Part shown: positions 13,857 through 23,215 of the stretch, one piece after another | Position numbering within the stretch: position 1 is the first letter of the stretch | How the letters are laid out: each line of letters opens with the position of its first letter | Assembly (NCBI GenBank): GCA_963844035.1 | Contig: CAWJMT010000005.1 | Location: 203,336-267,335, forward strand | Length of the DNA stretch: 64,000 nucleotides | Direction of reading: 5' to 3' | Source: an uncultured Gemmatimonadales bacterium | GTDB lineage: Bacteria > Gemmatimonadota > Gemmatimonadetes > Gemmatimonadales > GWC2-71-9 | Notes under the pieces: model-generated | Told to the model about the DNA's origin: nothing | The model's database searches: none | The model's input: the letters and a program-made list of their open reading frames with translations, nothing else | Position numbers and translations under genes: made by a program

Positions 13857-15429
13857 ATGACCGACAACCGTTCGTAGCCGCACGCCGACGCCGACGCAAC
13901 GAGCCGGAAACGGGAGCCGGTCTCCCAGGCGCCCGCTCGCCAAGGCCCCGACCGGCATCCCGGGGCTCGATGAGATCACCAACGGAGGCCTGCCCCGCGG
14001 GCGGCCCACGCTGGTGTGCGGCGGCGCCGGCTGCGGCAAGACGCTGCTCGCCATGGAATTCCTCGTGCGCGGCGCGCTCGACTACAACGAGCCGGGCGTC
14101 TTCATGTCGTTTGAGGAGACCGCCGAAGACCTGGTGGAAAACGCCCGGTCGCTCGGTTTCGACCTGCAGCGGCTGAGCGCCCGCCGGCGGCTGCTGCTCG
14201 ATCACGTGCGCCTCGAGCGCACCCAGCTGACGGAGGCCGGCGAATACGATCTCGAGGGGTTGTTCATCCGGCTGGGCCACGCGATCGATTCGATCCGCGC
14301 CAAGCGGGTCGTCCTGGACACCATCGAGCTGCTCTTCTCCGGGCTCTCCGACGCGTCTGTGCTGCGCGCCGAGCTGGCCCGGCTGTTTCGGTGGCTCAAG
14401 GCGAAGAAGGTCACGGCCATTGTGACGGGCGAGCGGGCGGGCGATCGCCTGACGCGCCACGGTCTCGAGGAGTTCGTTTCCGACTGCGTGATCGTGCTCG
14501 ATCACCGGGTGACCGAGCAGAGCGCCACCCGGCGGTTGCGTATCGTCAAGTATCGCGGCTCGGGGCACGGCGGCAACGAGATGCCGTTCCTGATTGACGA
14601 CCATGGCGTGTCGGTACTGCCGATCACTTCGCTGGGACTCGCGCACCAGGCGTCCACCGCACACGTGTCCACCGGGGTGGCCGGGTTGGACGGGATGTTT
14701 GGAAAGAAGGGATACTTTCGCGGCAACAGCGTGCTCGCGTCGGGAACGGCGGGCACCGGCAAGTCCAGCTTGGCGGCCCACTTTGTGGCGGCCGCGTGCC
14801 GGCGCGGAGAGCGCTGTCTGTACTTCGCCTTCGAGGAATCGCCGAGCCAGATCATGCGCAACATGCGGTCGATCGGCATCGCCCTCGAGCCCTGGATACG
14901 CCGCGGCCTGCTGCGCGTGCACGCCGAGCGGCCGACGGCCCTCGGCCTGGAAGCGCACCTGGTGGCGATGCACCGGCTCATCGACCAATGGCAACCCCGG
15001 GTAGTCATCGTGGACCCGGTCACCAACCTGATCGCGGTCGGCAGCGAGCTCGAAGTGAAGGCGATGCTCGCGCGGCTCATCGATTTCATGAAGCTGCGGC
15101 AGATCACCGCGCTCTTTACCTCCCTGACCGAGGGCGGCGGCGCGGCCGAACGCACCGACCTGGGCGTGTCGTCGTTGATGGACATCTGGATGCTGCTCGG
15201 GAACCCGGAGGCGAACGGCGAGCGCAACCGGACGATCCAGATCGTCAAGGCCCGCGGCATGGCGCACTCGAACCAGGTCCGCGAGTTCGTGATGAGCGAC
15301 CGCGGCATCACGCTGGTGGACATCAGCCGCCGCGCCGACGGGAGCGTAGCCATCGGGGCGGCCCGCGGTGCGCAACAACAAGCGCGTGCCGGCGATCCCA
15401 AGCCCAGGCGCGGGCGCCGGGTCGAATGA
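13857..15429 (+). CDS. kaiC: circadian clock protein KaiC-family double-domain ATPase (indel just after ATG)
   Basis: [14 protein letters not shown], Walker A GGAGCGKT and [38 protein letters not shown] at the phosphosite position. Confidence 0.93.
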
Positions 15430-15728
15430 AGAACGGAGCGCGCCGGACTTGGCGGCTGCGGCTGTACGTGGCGGGGCAGACGCCAAAATCGATCGCCGCC
15501 CTGGCCAATCTGACGCGCCTGTGCGAGGGCCACCTCGCCGGCCTATACCGCATCGAAGTGATCGACCTGGTGAAGCAGCCACACCTGGCGCGCCGGGACG
15601 ACATCGTCGTGCTCCCGACCCTGGTGCGACAGCTGCCGCCGCCGATCCGCAAGATCATCGGCGATCTGTCGAACGAGGAGCGGGTGCTAGTCGCGTTGGA
15701 GATGCTGCCGCATGATGACACGAAGTAG
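15426..15728 (+). CDS. kaiB: circadian clock protein KaiB
   Basis: [49 protein letters not shown] overlap with kaiC. Confidence 0.93.
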   Translation: MKNGARRTWRLRLYVAGQTPKSIAALANLTRLCEGHLAGLYRIEVIDLVKQPHLARRDDIVVLPTLVRQLPPPIRKIIGDLSNEERVLVALEMLPHDDTK

Positions 15729-15740
15729 GCAACGCTCGCC

Positions 15741-16910
15741 GTGACGAAGAGACGCAAGGCGCCGCGCCGCCGCTCTCCGGCTCGACTGGCCAAGCTGCAG
15801 ACCCGGCTCCGAGCGGCCGAGGACACCCTGCGTGCCCTCCGCGTCGGAGACGTCGATGCGCTGGTGACCACCCGCGGCGGGGACGAGCATGTGATCACGC
15901 TCGATGGTGCCGACCTCCCCTACCGCATTCTGCTGGACCAGATGTTCGCCGGCGCGGTCACGCTGACGCCGGACGGTGTCGTCATCTACTGCAATACCCG
16001 GTTTGCCGACATCGTGCGGACGCCAATTGCACGCGTCCTCGGCTCGGCGATGAGCCGCTTTGTGCCGCCCTCTGAGCGGCCAACCCTCGAGGCGCTGCTC
16101 GCACGGGGGCTGGAGGGCCGCGCGGGGAGCGAGCTGGAGCTCCGGGTTGGCGATGGCGCCCGGGTGGCGGTCTCGGTCACTTTCGCTCCCCTGCGGTTGG
16201 CGGGGAGCGCCGGGGTCAGCGGCGTGATCGGCGTGGTCGTGGATGCGACCGAGCGGAAACAGCAGGAGGATCTCCGTTCCCGGCTGATCGAGCAGGTGAT
16301 GACCGCGCAGGACGAGGAGCGGCGGCGGATCGCCCGTGAGCTCCACGATGAGACCGGGCAGTCGCTCACCGCGATGTTGGTGGGGCTGCGGACGATCGAG
16401 GAGTGCAGGACCGCAGCGGAGGCAGCCGGGCTGGCGCAGCACCTGCGCGCGGTCGTCGCCCAAACGCTCGTGGACGTCGGGCGGCTCGCGCGGGGACTGC
16501 ACCCGAGCGTCCTCGACGATCTGGGGCTCGCCGCGGCCGTGACCAACCAGGCGCACGATCTCGAGGAAATGCACGGAATCGCCGTGGACGTGCGCATCGA
16601 GGGACTCGATGCCGAAGCGTTGCCGCCCCTGCTGCAGACGACGGTGTACCGCCTCGTCCAGGAGGCGCTGACCAATGTGGCACGACATGCCAAGGCACGG
16701 CGGGCGACAGTGCGGCTGGTGCGAGACGAGGCGACGGTCGAGCTGCGCGTGCAGGATGACGGCATCGGCTTCGCTGCGCGAAATCAACGGGGCCTCGGCC
16801 TGCAAGGCATGCGGGAGCGCGCCGCCCTGCTCGGCGGCTCGGTCGCGATCGAGTCGCCCCCGGGAGGCGGGACGACCGTCGCGGTCCGCTTTCCCGTGCG
16901 CGGCGTCTAG
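15741..16910 (+). CDS. PAS-domain sensor histidine kinase (HisKA_3/NarX type)
   Basis: PAS domain, ERRRIARELHDETGQ, QEALTNVARHA, DDGIGF, GLGLQGMRER. Confidence 0.92.
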   Translation: MTKRRKAPRRRSPARLAKLQTRLRAAEDTLRALRVGDVDALVTTRGGDEHVITLDGADLPYRILLDQMFAGAVTLTPDGVVIYCNTRFADIVRTPIARVLGSAMSRFVPPSERPTLEALLARGLEGRAGSELELRVGDGARVAVSVTFAPLRLAGSAGVSGVIGVVVDATERKQQEDLRSRLIEQVMTAQDEERRRIARELHDETGQSLTAMLVGLRTIEECRTAAEAAGLAQHLRAVVAQTLVDVGRLARGLHPSVLDDLGLAAAVTNQAHDLEEMHGIAVDVRIEGLDAEALPPLLQTTVYRLVQEALTNVARHAKARRATVRLVRDEATVELRVQDDGIGFAARNQRGLGLQGMRERAALLGGSVAIESPPGGGTTVAVRFPVRGV

Positions 16911-16915
16911 CACGC

Positions 16916-17578
16916 ATGCCGAAAATCCGCGTGCTCGTCGCCGACGACCACACCGTCCTCCGGGCCGGCCTGACGCTGCTCATCAACGCTCAGTCCGATA
17001 TGGAAGTGGTGGGCGAAGCCGCCGACGGCGCCGAAACGGTGAGCCGGGCGCGGGACCTCGGGTGCGACGTCGTCCTCCTGGACCTCACCATGCCCGGCTC
17101 CTCCAGCACCGCGGTCATCGGATGGCTGAGGCGACTGGACCCAATGCCGCGCATTCTCGTGCTCACCGGGCACGACGATCCGGCCTACCTGCGCTCCGCG
17201 CTCCGGGCCGGCGCGTCCGGTTACATCGTCAAGAGCGTGGCGGACGTCGACCTGTTGGCCGCGATCCGCGTTGTTTACGACGGCGGCAGTTTCGTACGGT
17301 TGACGCGTTTCGGCGAACCGACGGGGGGGGATGTGGTCCGGCGTGGCTCCGGCGACTCGCCGGCTGTTGCGCCGTCCCGGCCGCTCAGCCGGCGGGAGGT
17401 CGAGGTGCTGCGACTCCTGGCGCAAGGGCATACGAATCAAGAGGTTGCGGATCGGTTGACCGTGAGTACCAAGACCGTCGAAACGCACCGCCGGCGCCTG
17501 ACCGACAAGCTGGGGCTCAAGAGCCGCGCCGAGCTGTTCAGCTTTGCCGTCGAGGCTGGCCTGTTCGAGAAGTCGTAG
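16916..17578 (+). CDS. NarL/LuxR family response regulator (RR1)
   Basis: ADDH, VLLDLTMP, LTG, IVK, LSRREVEVL...KTVETH HTH. Confidence 0.93.
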   Translation: MPKIRVLVADDHTVLRAGLTLLINAQSDMEVVGEAADGAETVSRARDLGCDVVLLDLTMPGSSSTAVIGWLRRLDPMPRILVLTGHDDPAYLRSALRAGASGYIVKSVADVDLLAAIRVVYDGGSFVRLTRFGEPTGGDVVRRGSGDSPAVAPSRPLSRREVEVLRLLAQGHTNQEVADRLTVSTKTVETHRRRLTDKLGLKSRAELFSFAVEAGLFEKS

Positions 17579-17708
17579 CGGCTCGACGGTGTCAGGGATT
17601 TTCCCGACGCCTGTCTCTATCGCGTTACAGTTCCCCTATACCCACCGCCCCCCAGTTTGCTGTAGTATTCATGCTCTGTGAGCGCGTGTCACGCGGGCCG
17701 CGCCCGAA

Positions 17709-18425
17709 TTGCCCCGCGAAGATCACTCAAGGATCCTGCAACTGCCGAAACGCCCTCAGGTCGAACGCATCCAGGTGGTGGTCATCGACGACAACCGCCT
17801 CGTACGCGAGGGGCTCAAGGCCCTGCTCGATGCGATGCCAGACTTGAAAGTTGTGGCGACCGCGGAAGATGTGACCGACGGACTGCGCCAGGTGCGGGAG
17901 TTGACACCCCAGGTCGTGCTGCTGGATGCGACGATGGACAACGGCGACACCGCTCGCTGCGTGGAAACGCTCCGCAAGACCACCCCGACAGCCAAGGTGA
18001 TCGTGATGGACCTGCTGGCCGGGCCTGAAGACGTGATCGAGTTCGTCAAGGCGGGGGCCAACGGATTCGTCATGAAGGACGCGACGCTCGACGATCTCGT
18101 GCGCACGATTCGATCGGTCGCCGAGGGAGCGGACGTGGTTCCCCCCGCCTTGACCGGGACGCTGCTGTCGCACATCGCGCAACAGGCGGTGACCCGTCAT
18201 CTGCCGGGCGTCGAGCAGGCCGTGCGCATGACGAAGCGTGAGCGGCAGATCATGGATTTGATTGCGGAGGGTCTGAGCAACAAGGAGATCGCGCAGCGGC
18301 TCAACATTGCGACCTACACGGTCAAGAGCCACGTGCACAACATTCTGGAAAAGCTGGCGTTGCACAGCCGGCTGCAGATCGCCGCGTATACCCACAAGGC
18401 CGGAGCTGTTCCCGCCGCGACGTAG
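17709..18425 (+). CDS. NarL/LuxR family response regulator (RR2)
   Basis: IDDN, VLLDA, MTKRERQIMDLIAEGLSNKEIAQRLNIATYTVKSHVHNIL. Confidence 0.92.
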   Translation: MPREDHSRILQLPKRPQVERIQVVVIDDNRLVREGLKALLDAMPDLKVVATAEDVTDGLRQVRELTPQVVLLDATMDNGDTARCVETLRKTTPTAKVIVMDLLAGPEDVIEFVKAGANGFVMKDATLDDLVRTIRSVAEGADVVPPALTGTLLSHIAQQAVTRHLPGVEQAVRMTKRERQIMDLIAEGLSNKEIAQRLNIATYTVKSHVHNILEKLALHSRLQIAAYTHKAGAVPAAT

Positions 18426-18462
18426 TCCCCTTCGATTGGCCGACTGTACTGCGAACGCGCGG

Positions 18463-18881
18463 GTCAGGCCCCGCGTGGGCCGCCGTTTGCGGCAACGACT
18501 TTTTTCGCCGTGCGTGGGCCACCGTTTGCGGATGCGACTTTTCGCCGTGCGACTGCCTGCCCGGGCAACGGGTAACGCAAACGAAAACTTCGCAGGTCCC
18601 GTGAGGGCGAAGTCCATGTTCAGCTGCTTCAGCTGCGTCTCGATCGCCCGATCGACGTCGGGCACCTGCGCGGGGTTGTCGGTGACGACAAGGATGTGGG
18701 TGATGTTGGTTTCGAGCACGATCCGGCCGGTCCACAGGCGTCCTCCACGCAGCGCCGCCGACTGGGCCCGGCGGAGCAGGGCCTTGATCTTCTTGAACCG
18801 CATCTCGGGCTGAGGCGGATTGAGCTCATAGGCGTAGACCCAGCGGGTCTTGGCCGCTCGCCGCGGTCGCTTGAGAACCAT
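18463..18881 (-). CDS. hypothetical basic protein (indel in a poly-A run within its C-terminal repeat)
   Basis: AGGAGG SD before ATG; C-terminal duplicated (K)V(A/V)(S/A)ANGGPR repeat ends at TGA in a shifted frame. Confidence 0.55.
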
Positions 18882-19121
18882 CGAACTCCTCCTTCTCGTA
18901 TTCATCAGCTATTCATCAGCCGCGCACTTCCGGCGTAATGCTGTCAGTACTCGCAGTACGCGCGCAGCATCGCAGCCTCTCCTACCAGATCGCAACCTAT
19001 CGCGCCCGTGTTGTGTGGCGCCATCCATCATGAGGACGACACTCACCTCGGTCGAATAGACCTCCATCCTACGACGTAGTCCGTTCGATGCGCAGTGACC
19101 CCGTCCGCTCGGCAAAAATCT

Positions 19122-19178
19122 CTAACTCATTTCTCATCCCATCTGGGGATGTTCCCCGCGGGCCGGCATGCGCAGGTT
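19122..19178 (+). promoter_or_regulatory. shared promoter motif copy 3
   Basis: CTAACTCATTTCTCATCC-N7-GGATG-N21-CAGGTT. Confidence 0.75.
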
Positions 19179-19286
19179 GCGTGCAGGGATTTGGCAGTCC
19201 ACAGCGGGACGAATTGCGGGAGCACACATGAACCCCATCACACAGAGCAGCAGCACGGGAACGATGCTGTACGCGGGAGACCGGGT

Positions 19287-19508
19287 ATGAAGCCGTTAGC
19301 GCTGGCGGGAATCGTCCTGGCGGTACTTGGCGGCTTCATCGTGTTCAGAGGCATGAGCTACGGCTCTGAGCACAACGTGATGAAGGTCGGCGACCTGCAG
19401 GTCTCCACCAAAGAGCAGCACACAATTCCCGCCTGGATGGGCGGCGTAGCACTCGTTGCCGGCGTGCTGTTGGTCGCCGCCGGCGTTGGCAGACGGCGTA
19501 GCGCATAG
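19287..19508 (+). CDS. small two-TM membrane protein (DUF3185-like)
   Basis: MKPLALAGIVLAVLGG...VGDLQV...IPAWMGGVALVAGVLL. Confidence 0.7.
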   Translation: MKPLALAGIVLAVLGGFIVFRGMSYGSEHNVMKVGDLQVSTKEQHTIPAWMGGVALVAGVLLVAAGVGRRRSA

Positions 19509-19520
19509 GGAGATAAGAAC

Positions 19521-19670
19521 ATGATTTGGACACTCGCACTCGTCTTGGTCATTCTCTGGGCCCTTGGCCTGGTGACGTCGTACACGTTCGGGGGAATGAT
19601 TCACCTGCTCCTGGTCGTGGCGCTCGTGGTGATCGTCATTCGTGCCCTCCAAGGTCGAAGGGTTGTGTAG
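19521..19670 (+). CDS. lmo0937-family small membrane protein (49 aa, not in ORF track)
   Basis: GGGAG SD; MIWTLALVLVILWALGLVTSYTFGGMIHLLLVVALVVIVIRALQGRRVV*. Confidence 0.85.
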   Translation: MIWTLALVLVILWALGLVTSYTFGGMIHLLLVVALVVIVIRALQGRRVV

Positions 19671-19689
19671 GTCTCCGGACGGAGGACGT

Positions 19690-20319
19690 ATGTCGAAGAC
19701 ATTGCTCACAGCGGTCCTGGTGCTTGGCGTTGCGGCGTGTTCGCCCGCCTCCGGCAAGAATGCGGAGGGCGGCGGCGCGTCCGCGTCACGCACCCTGGTC
19801 GAGGGGACGCGGATCGAAGCGACGACTGGGGATGCGCTGTCCTCGCGCCACAACGAGGCGGGCGAGACGCTCGCGGCAACCGTGAGCGCTGACGTCGAGG
19901 ATGGGAGCGGCCACGTGGTCATTCCCGCGGGTTCCGCGGTGGCACTGCGGATCGTGCAGCTCGAACCGGCCACCAACAAGAGTCAGGACGATGGGAAGAT
20001 CGCGCTCGAGGCGACTGCTGTGACGGTCCGCGGGCAGGTCTATAGCATGAACGCGCGGCTCGACCCCGTCACGCACCAGCTGCACGGGCGGGGTGTCACG
20101 ACCGGCGAAGCCGAGAAGGTTGGTGCTGGCGCGGCGATCGGAGCGGTGGCGGGTCGGGTGTTTGGCGGCGACACCAAGGGCGCGGTGATCGGCGGCGCGA
20201 TCGGCGCCGGTGCGGGAACGGCCGTGGCCGTGCATTGGGCGAGCCGGGACGTGGTCGTCCCGGTTGGGACGCGCGTCACGTTTTCGCTGCCGCAGTCGCT
20301 CACCATATCGACTCGTTAG
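19690..20319 (+). CDS. glycine-zipper lipoprotein
   Basis: GGAGG SD, VAAC lipobox, GAGAAIGAVAG...GAVIGGAIGAGAG. Confidence 0.8.
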   Translation: MSKTLLTAVLVLGVAACSPASGKNAEGGGASASRTLVEGTRIEATTGDALSSRHNEAGETLAATVSADVEDGSGHVVIPAGSAVALRIVQLEPATNKSQDDGKIALEATAVTVRGQVYSMNARLDPVTHQLHGRGVTTGEAEKVGAGAAIGAVAGRVFGGDTKGAVIGGAIGAGAGTAVAVHWASRDVVVPVGTRVTFSLPQSLTISTR

Positions 20320-20352
20320 AGCGAATCTCTCATCCAATCAAGGGAAGACGTC

Positions 20353-20655
20353 ATGATCCGTGTTGCAACGATCTTGCTGGCCGCGCTGTGCACCGCCGGC
20401 GCCACGCAGCTCCTGGGTCAACAGCCCATCCTCGCACCGGTGGTGGAAGGGCGCATTCCGCAGGCGAGCGCGCCCGGCGCACCGTTGCCCGGCCCGCGTC
20501 TCGCGCCGGAGTTGCGCAGCTACGAGCCGACCTTTGCCGACAACCGCGCCACGGGGCAGCCGTTGCTCATGAGCAGCGGTTCCAATAACACCTTCGTGAT
20601 CTCGACGCTGTCGCTCGTGCTGATCGCCGTCATCGTGGTGCTGCTGGTGGCGTAG
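20353..20655 (+). CDS. small secreted/membrane-anchored hypothetical protein
   Basis: Signal peptide plus C-terminal TM helix. Confidence 0.65.
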   Translation: MIRVATILLAALCTAGATQLLGQQPILAPVVEGRIPQASAPGAPLPGPRLAPELRSYEPTFADNRATGQPLLMSSGSNNTFVISTLSLVLIAVIVVLLVA

Positions 20656-20708
20656 TCGGAGCGGGGCGTGCCGGTTGAACGCCCCGATCGCACACTAACC
20701 CATTGGTA

Positions 20709-20765
20709 CTAAGTCGAATTTCATCCTGCCGGGCGATGTGCGTTTGCCGCGTACGCGGGCAGATT
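20709..20765 (+). promoter_or_regulatory. shared promoter motif copy 4 (upstream of ice-binding gene 3)
   Basis: CTAAGTCGAATTTCATCC-N7-CGATG-N21-CAGATT. Confidence 0.75.
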
Positions 20766-20853
20766 TGCATCAGGCGGTGAACTCGGAGACAGAGTTCCCG
20801 GGTTAGCTGCATGACTCTCGCAGTCTTCATCAAGCAGTTGAAGGAGGAACCCC

Positions 20854-21675
20854 ATGAACAAACTTCAGAACGCTTCGCGGGTGTTGTTGAGCGCGCTACT
20901 CCTGGCCGGGTTTGCGGCCGCATGTGGCGACGACGACACAACCGCCCCAACCAACCCATCCCCAACCACCCCGGGCGCAGGCCCAGGCACGGGCGGCGGC
21001 GGCCATGGTCCAGCGCCCGTCGTTCTGGGAGCGGCCGGCACGTATGTGATTCTGGCAAAGTCCGGAGTCTCCAACGTTCCGACGTCCGCGATTACCGGGA
21101 ATATTGGCTTGAGTCCGGCCGCGGCGAGCTTCATCACCGGGCTGCCACTCACCATTGACGCGGGCGGGACCTTTGCGACCACGCCGCAGGTGACGGGGAA
21201 CGTCTACGCAGCCGACTATACCTCTCCAACTCCGTCGAACCTCACGACGGCGGTCAGCGATATGCAAACCGCATACACCGACGCCGCCGGACGACCGACG
21301 CCTGATCACACGGAGCTGGCGAGTGGCAACATTGGCGGGCTGACGCTCCCGCCCGGCCTCTACAAATGGTCGAACACGGTTCTCATCCCGACCAACGTCA
21401 CGCTTACCGGTGGCGCCAACGATACCTGGATCTTCCAGATCGCGGGCGGTCTGACCCAGTCCTCCGCAGCGCAGGTTATCCTGAGCGGTGGCGCACAGGC
21501 CCAGAACGTGGTCTGGCAGGTCTTCGGTGCGGTGGATATCGGAACGACCGGGCACATGGAAGGTCGGATCCTGTCGCAAACGTCGATCGTGTTGCGCACT
21601 GGCGCGGTGGCCAACGGCAAGCTGTTGGCACAGACCGCGGTCACGCTGGCCGGTAACACGGTTGTAAACAAGTAG
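20854..21675 (+). CDS. DUF3494 ice-binding-like lipoprotein
   Basis: AGGAGG SD; FAAAC lipobox; LGAAGTYVILAKSGVS, AVSDMQTAYTDAAGR, IGGLTLPPGLYKW, WIFQIAG, NVVWQV, GKLLAQTAVTL. Confidence 0.93.
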   Translation: MNKLQNASRVLLSALLLAGFAAACGDDDTTAPTNPSPTTPGAGPGTGGGGHGPAPVVLGAAGTYVILAKSGVSNVPTSAITGNIGLSPAAASFITGLPLTIDAGGTFATTPQVTGNVYAADYTSPTPSNLTTAVSDMQTAYTDAAGRPTPDHTELASGNIGGLTLPPGLYKWSNTVLIPTNVTLTGGANDTWIFQIAGGLTQSSAAQVILSGGAQAQNVVWQVFGAVDIGTTGHMEGRILSQTSIVLRTGAVANGKLLAQTAVTLAGNTVVNK

Positions 21676-21732
21676 GCACGATCGGTAGAACCTGCTCCCG
21701 CAGGGGATGCAGCTTGATGGGGAGCAGCTAAG

Positions 21733-21759
21733 GAGGCCGTCGCGAGACGGCCTCTTTTT
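21733..21759 (+). terminator. intrinsic terminator
   Basis: GAGGCCGTC-GCGA-GACGGCCTC-TTTTT. Confidence 0.85.
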
Positions 21760-21789
21760 GTTGCTGGAAACCTCCCCACACCAAAGTAG

Positions 21790-21846
21790 CTAAGTCGCAA
21801 TTCACTCCGCTGGCCGATGTTCCCCCGGTGCACCGGCAGGCACATT
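21790..21846 (+). promoter_or_regulatory. shared promoter motif copy 5
   Basis: CTAAGTCGCAATTCACTC-N7-CGATG-N21-CACATT, ATG 5 nt later. Confidence 0.72.
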
Positions 21847-21851
21847 GGTGC

Positions 21852-22364
21852 ATGACGCGCAATGGCGATTGGCTGCTCTGGCCCGTGAGGACGCTGCTTG
21901 CGGGAATGCTGGGTCTGGGCCTGGTGGCGTGCACCAGTGCCGTCGCACGGGTGCCTGAGGGTCCTGACGCCGTCCGCACGACGGGCGGCATTCGCGCTGT
22001 GGACCGGACGCTGGTGGCGGGCACGCTGGTCGAGGCGACCATCACCCGCACGCTGTCCTGGCGCCGCAACACGCCGGGCGAGCCGCTGACGGCGATCGTG
22101 AGCGCGGACGTCCGCAATGCGCGCCGCTGGGTGGTGATTCCGGCCGGAAGCGCGCTGGCGCTGAGGGTCCCGCGCCGGCCGTCGACGACGATGCAGCTGG
22201 ATGTGGTGTCCGTGACGGTCCGGGGGCGGGCGAATCCAGTGCGCGCCACGATGGACGTCGCGCCGGCGCCGGCCGGTGACGTGGCGGTGGAATCGGGGGC
22301 GCGAGTCCTGTTCGTCCTGCCGGAGGGGTTCACGGCGGCGGTGCGGCACGAGACCATCCCATGA
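21852..22364 (+). CDS. hypothetical lipoprotein, paralog of 19690-20319 without the glycine zipper
   Basis: LVAC lipobox; shares RTLV.GT..EAT, VSADV, VVIPAGS.ALR, VTVRG. Confidence 0.7.
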   Translation: MTRNGDWLLWPVRTLLAGMLGLGLVACTSAVARVPEGPDAVRTTGGIRAVDRTLVAGTLVEATITRTLSWRRNTPGEPLTAIVSADVRNARRWVVIPAGSALALRVPRRPSTTMQLDVVSVTVRGRANPVRATMDVAPAPAGDVAVESGARVLFVLPEGFTAAVRHETIP

Positions 22365-22606
22365 ATTTCAGACGCCTGATGTCGCTGGTGGGTGTGGTGC
22401 TCACCTCGCTGCTGATGATCGCGCAGACGGTGCAAAGCTTCGTGCTCATCGCGTCCGATGCGAAAGCGGCGAAGCAAGCGGAGAAGGTGCGCAAGCCGAA
22501 TCGCCGCCTTCCTCCGAAGACGCTAGTTCATCTCACTGCTCGTTACGACGAATGGAGGGCGTTATGTCAGGCAGGATGCTCACGGGGGTGCTCGCGCTGG
22601 GTCTGA
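22361..22606 (+). CDS. small hypothetical membrane protein (end uncertain)
   Basis: ATGA overlap with upstream gene; N-terminal hydrophobic helix. Confidence 0.4.
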   Translation: MNFRRLMSLVGVVLTSLLMIAQTVQSFVLIASDAKAAKQAEKVRKPNRRLPPKTLVHLTARYDEWRALCQAGCSRGCSRWV

Positions 22607-23074
22607 TGGCGTGTTCACGTGCCCCGGTCAAGGAGAACGTTGTCGTCGACGCAGCCTGTGGTCGAGACGCAGAGTCTTGCCGTGTCCGCCGCGGTGCTCA
22701 CGACGCTGCAGGCGCTGATCCACTTCGCCGATAACCAGGCGGGCTTGAGCGATTCGGCGCGGACGATCCTGGACGACAAGGTCGCCGTGTTCCGGGCGAA
22801 CCCGAAACTGCGGATCGTCATCGTGGGGTACGCGAGCCAGCCCGGCACCGAGGCCTACAACCTCAAGCTCGGCACCCGGCGCGCCGAATCGGCCAGGAGC
22901 CACCTGGTGGCACAGGGTATCGCCGAGGACCGGATCGATATCGAGACCCAGGGCGAGAGCCAGCGGTTGGTTGAGGGCTCCGGGGAGGCGGCCGACGCGG
23001 AGAACCGCCGCGACCAGTTCCAGGTGATGGCCCTCACGCACAGCGACGTGTTTCTGGCGTCGCCCGAGAAATAG
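22564..23074 (+). CDS. Pal-like OmpA_C lipoprotein (frameshifted)
   Basis: GGAGG SD, LMAC lipobox; IHFADNQAGL, GTEAYNLKLGTRRA, GES, NRRD. Confidence 0.8.
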
Positions 23075-23215
23075 CGACTGCCACGTGCTCCGGGATCCGG
23101 ATATCCCCGCCGTGCTCGCCTTGCTGCGGGACGACGACATGGACTGCTGTGACGTCTGCGCCATTCCCGCCCATCGAGAGTGACGCTCGACACTCGCCTG
23201 CGGCGCTGAGATTCC

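Noticed and set aside
13857..13878. Amber read-through (ATG..TAG) at the kaiC start
   Set aside because: The KaiC frame is offset by one base right after the ATG; an indel explains it without recoding.
12688..15582. 964-aa minus-strand ORF and other long antisense ORFs
   Set aside because: Shadow frames of GC-rich genes (ompA, kaiC and others); Arg/Pro/Ala-rich with no motifs.
13857..15728. Full cyanobacterial-type circadian oscillator
   Set aside because: No kaiA in the window and only one kaiB; self-sustained rhythm cannot be claimed.
10026..21846. Five-copy motif as CRISPR repeats or transposon ends
   Set aside because: Copies are degenerate, kilobases apart and always promoter-positioned; no cas or transposase genes are present.
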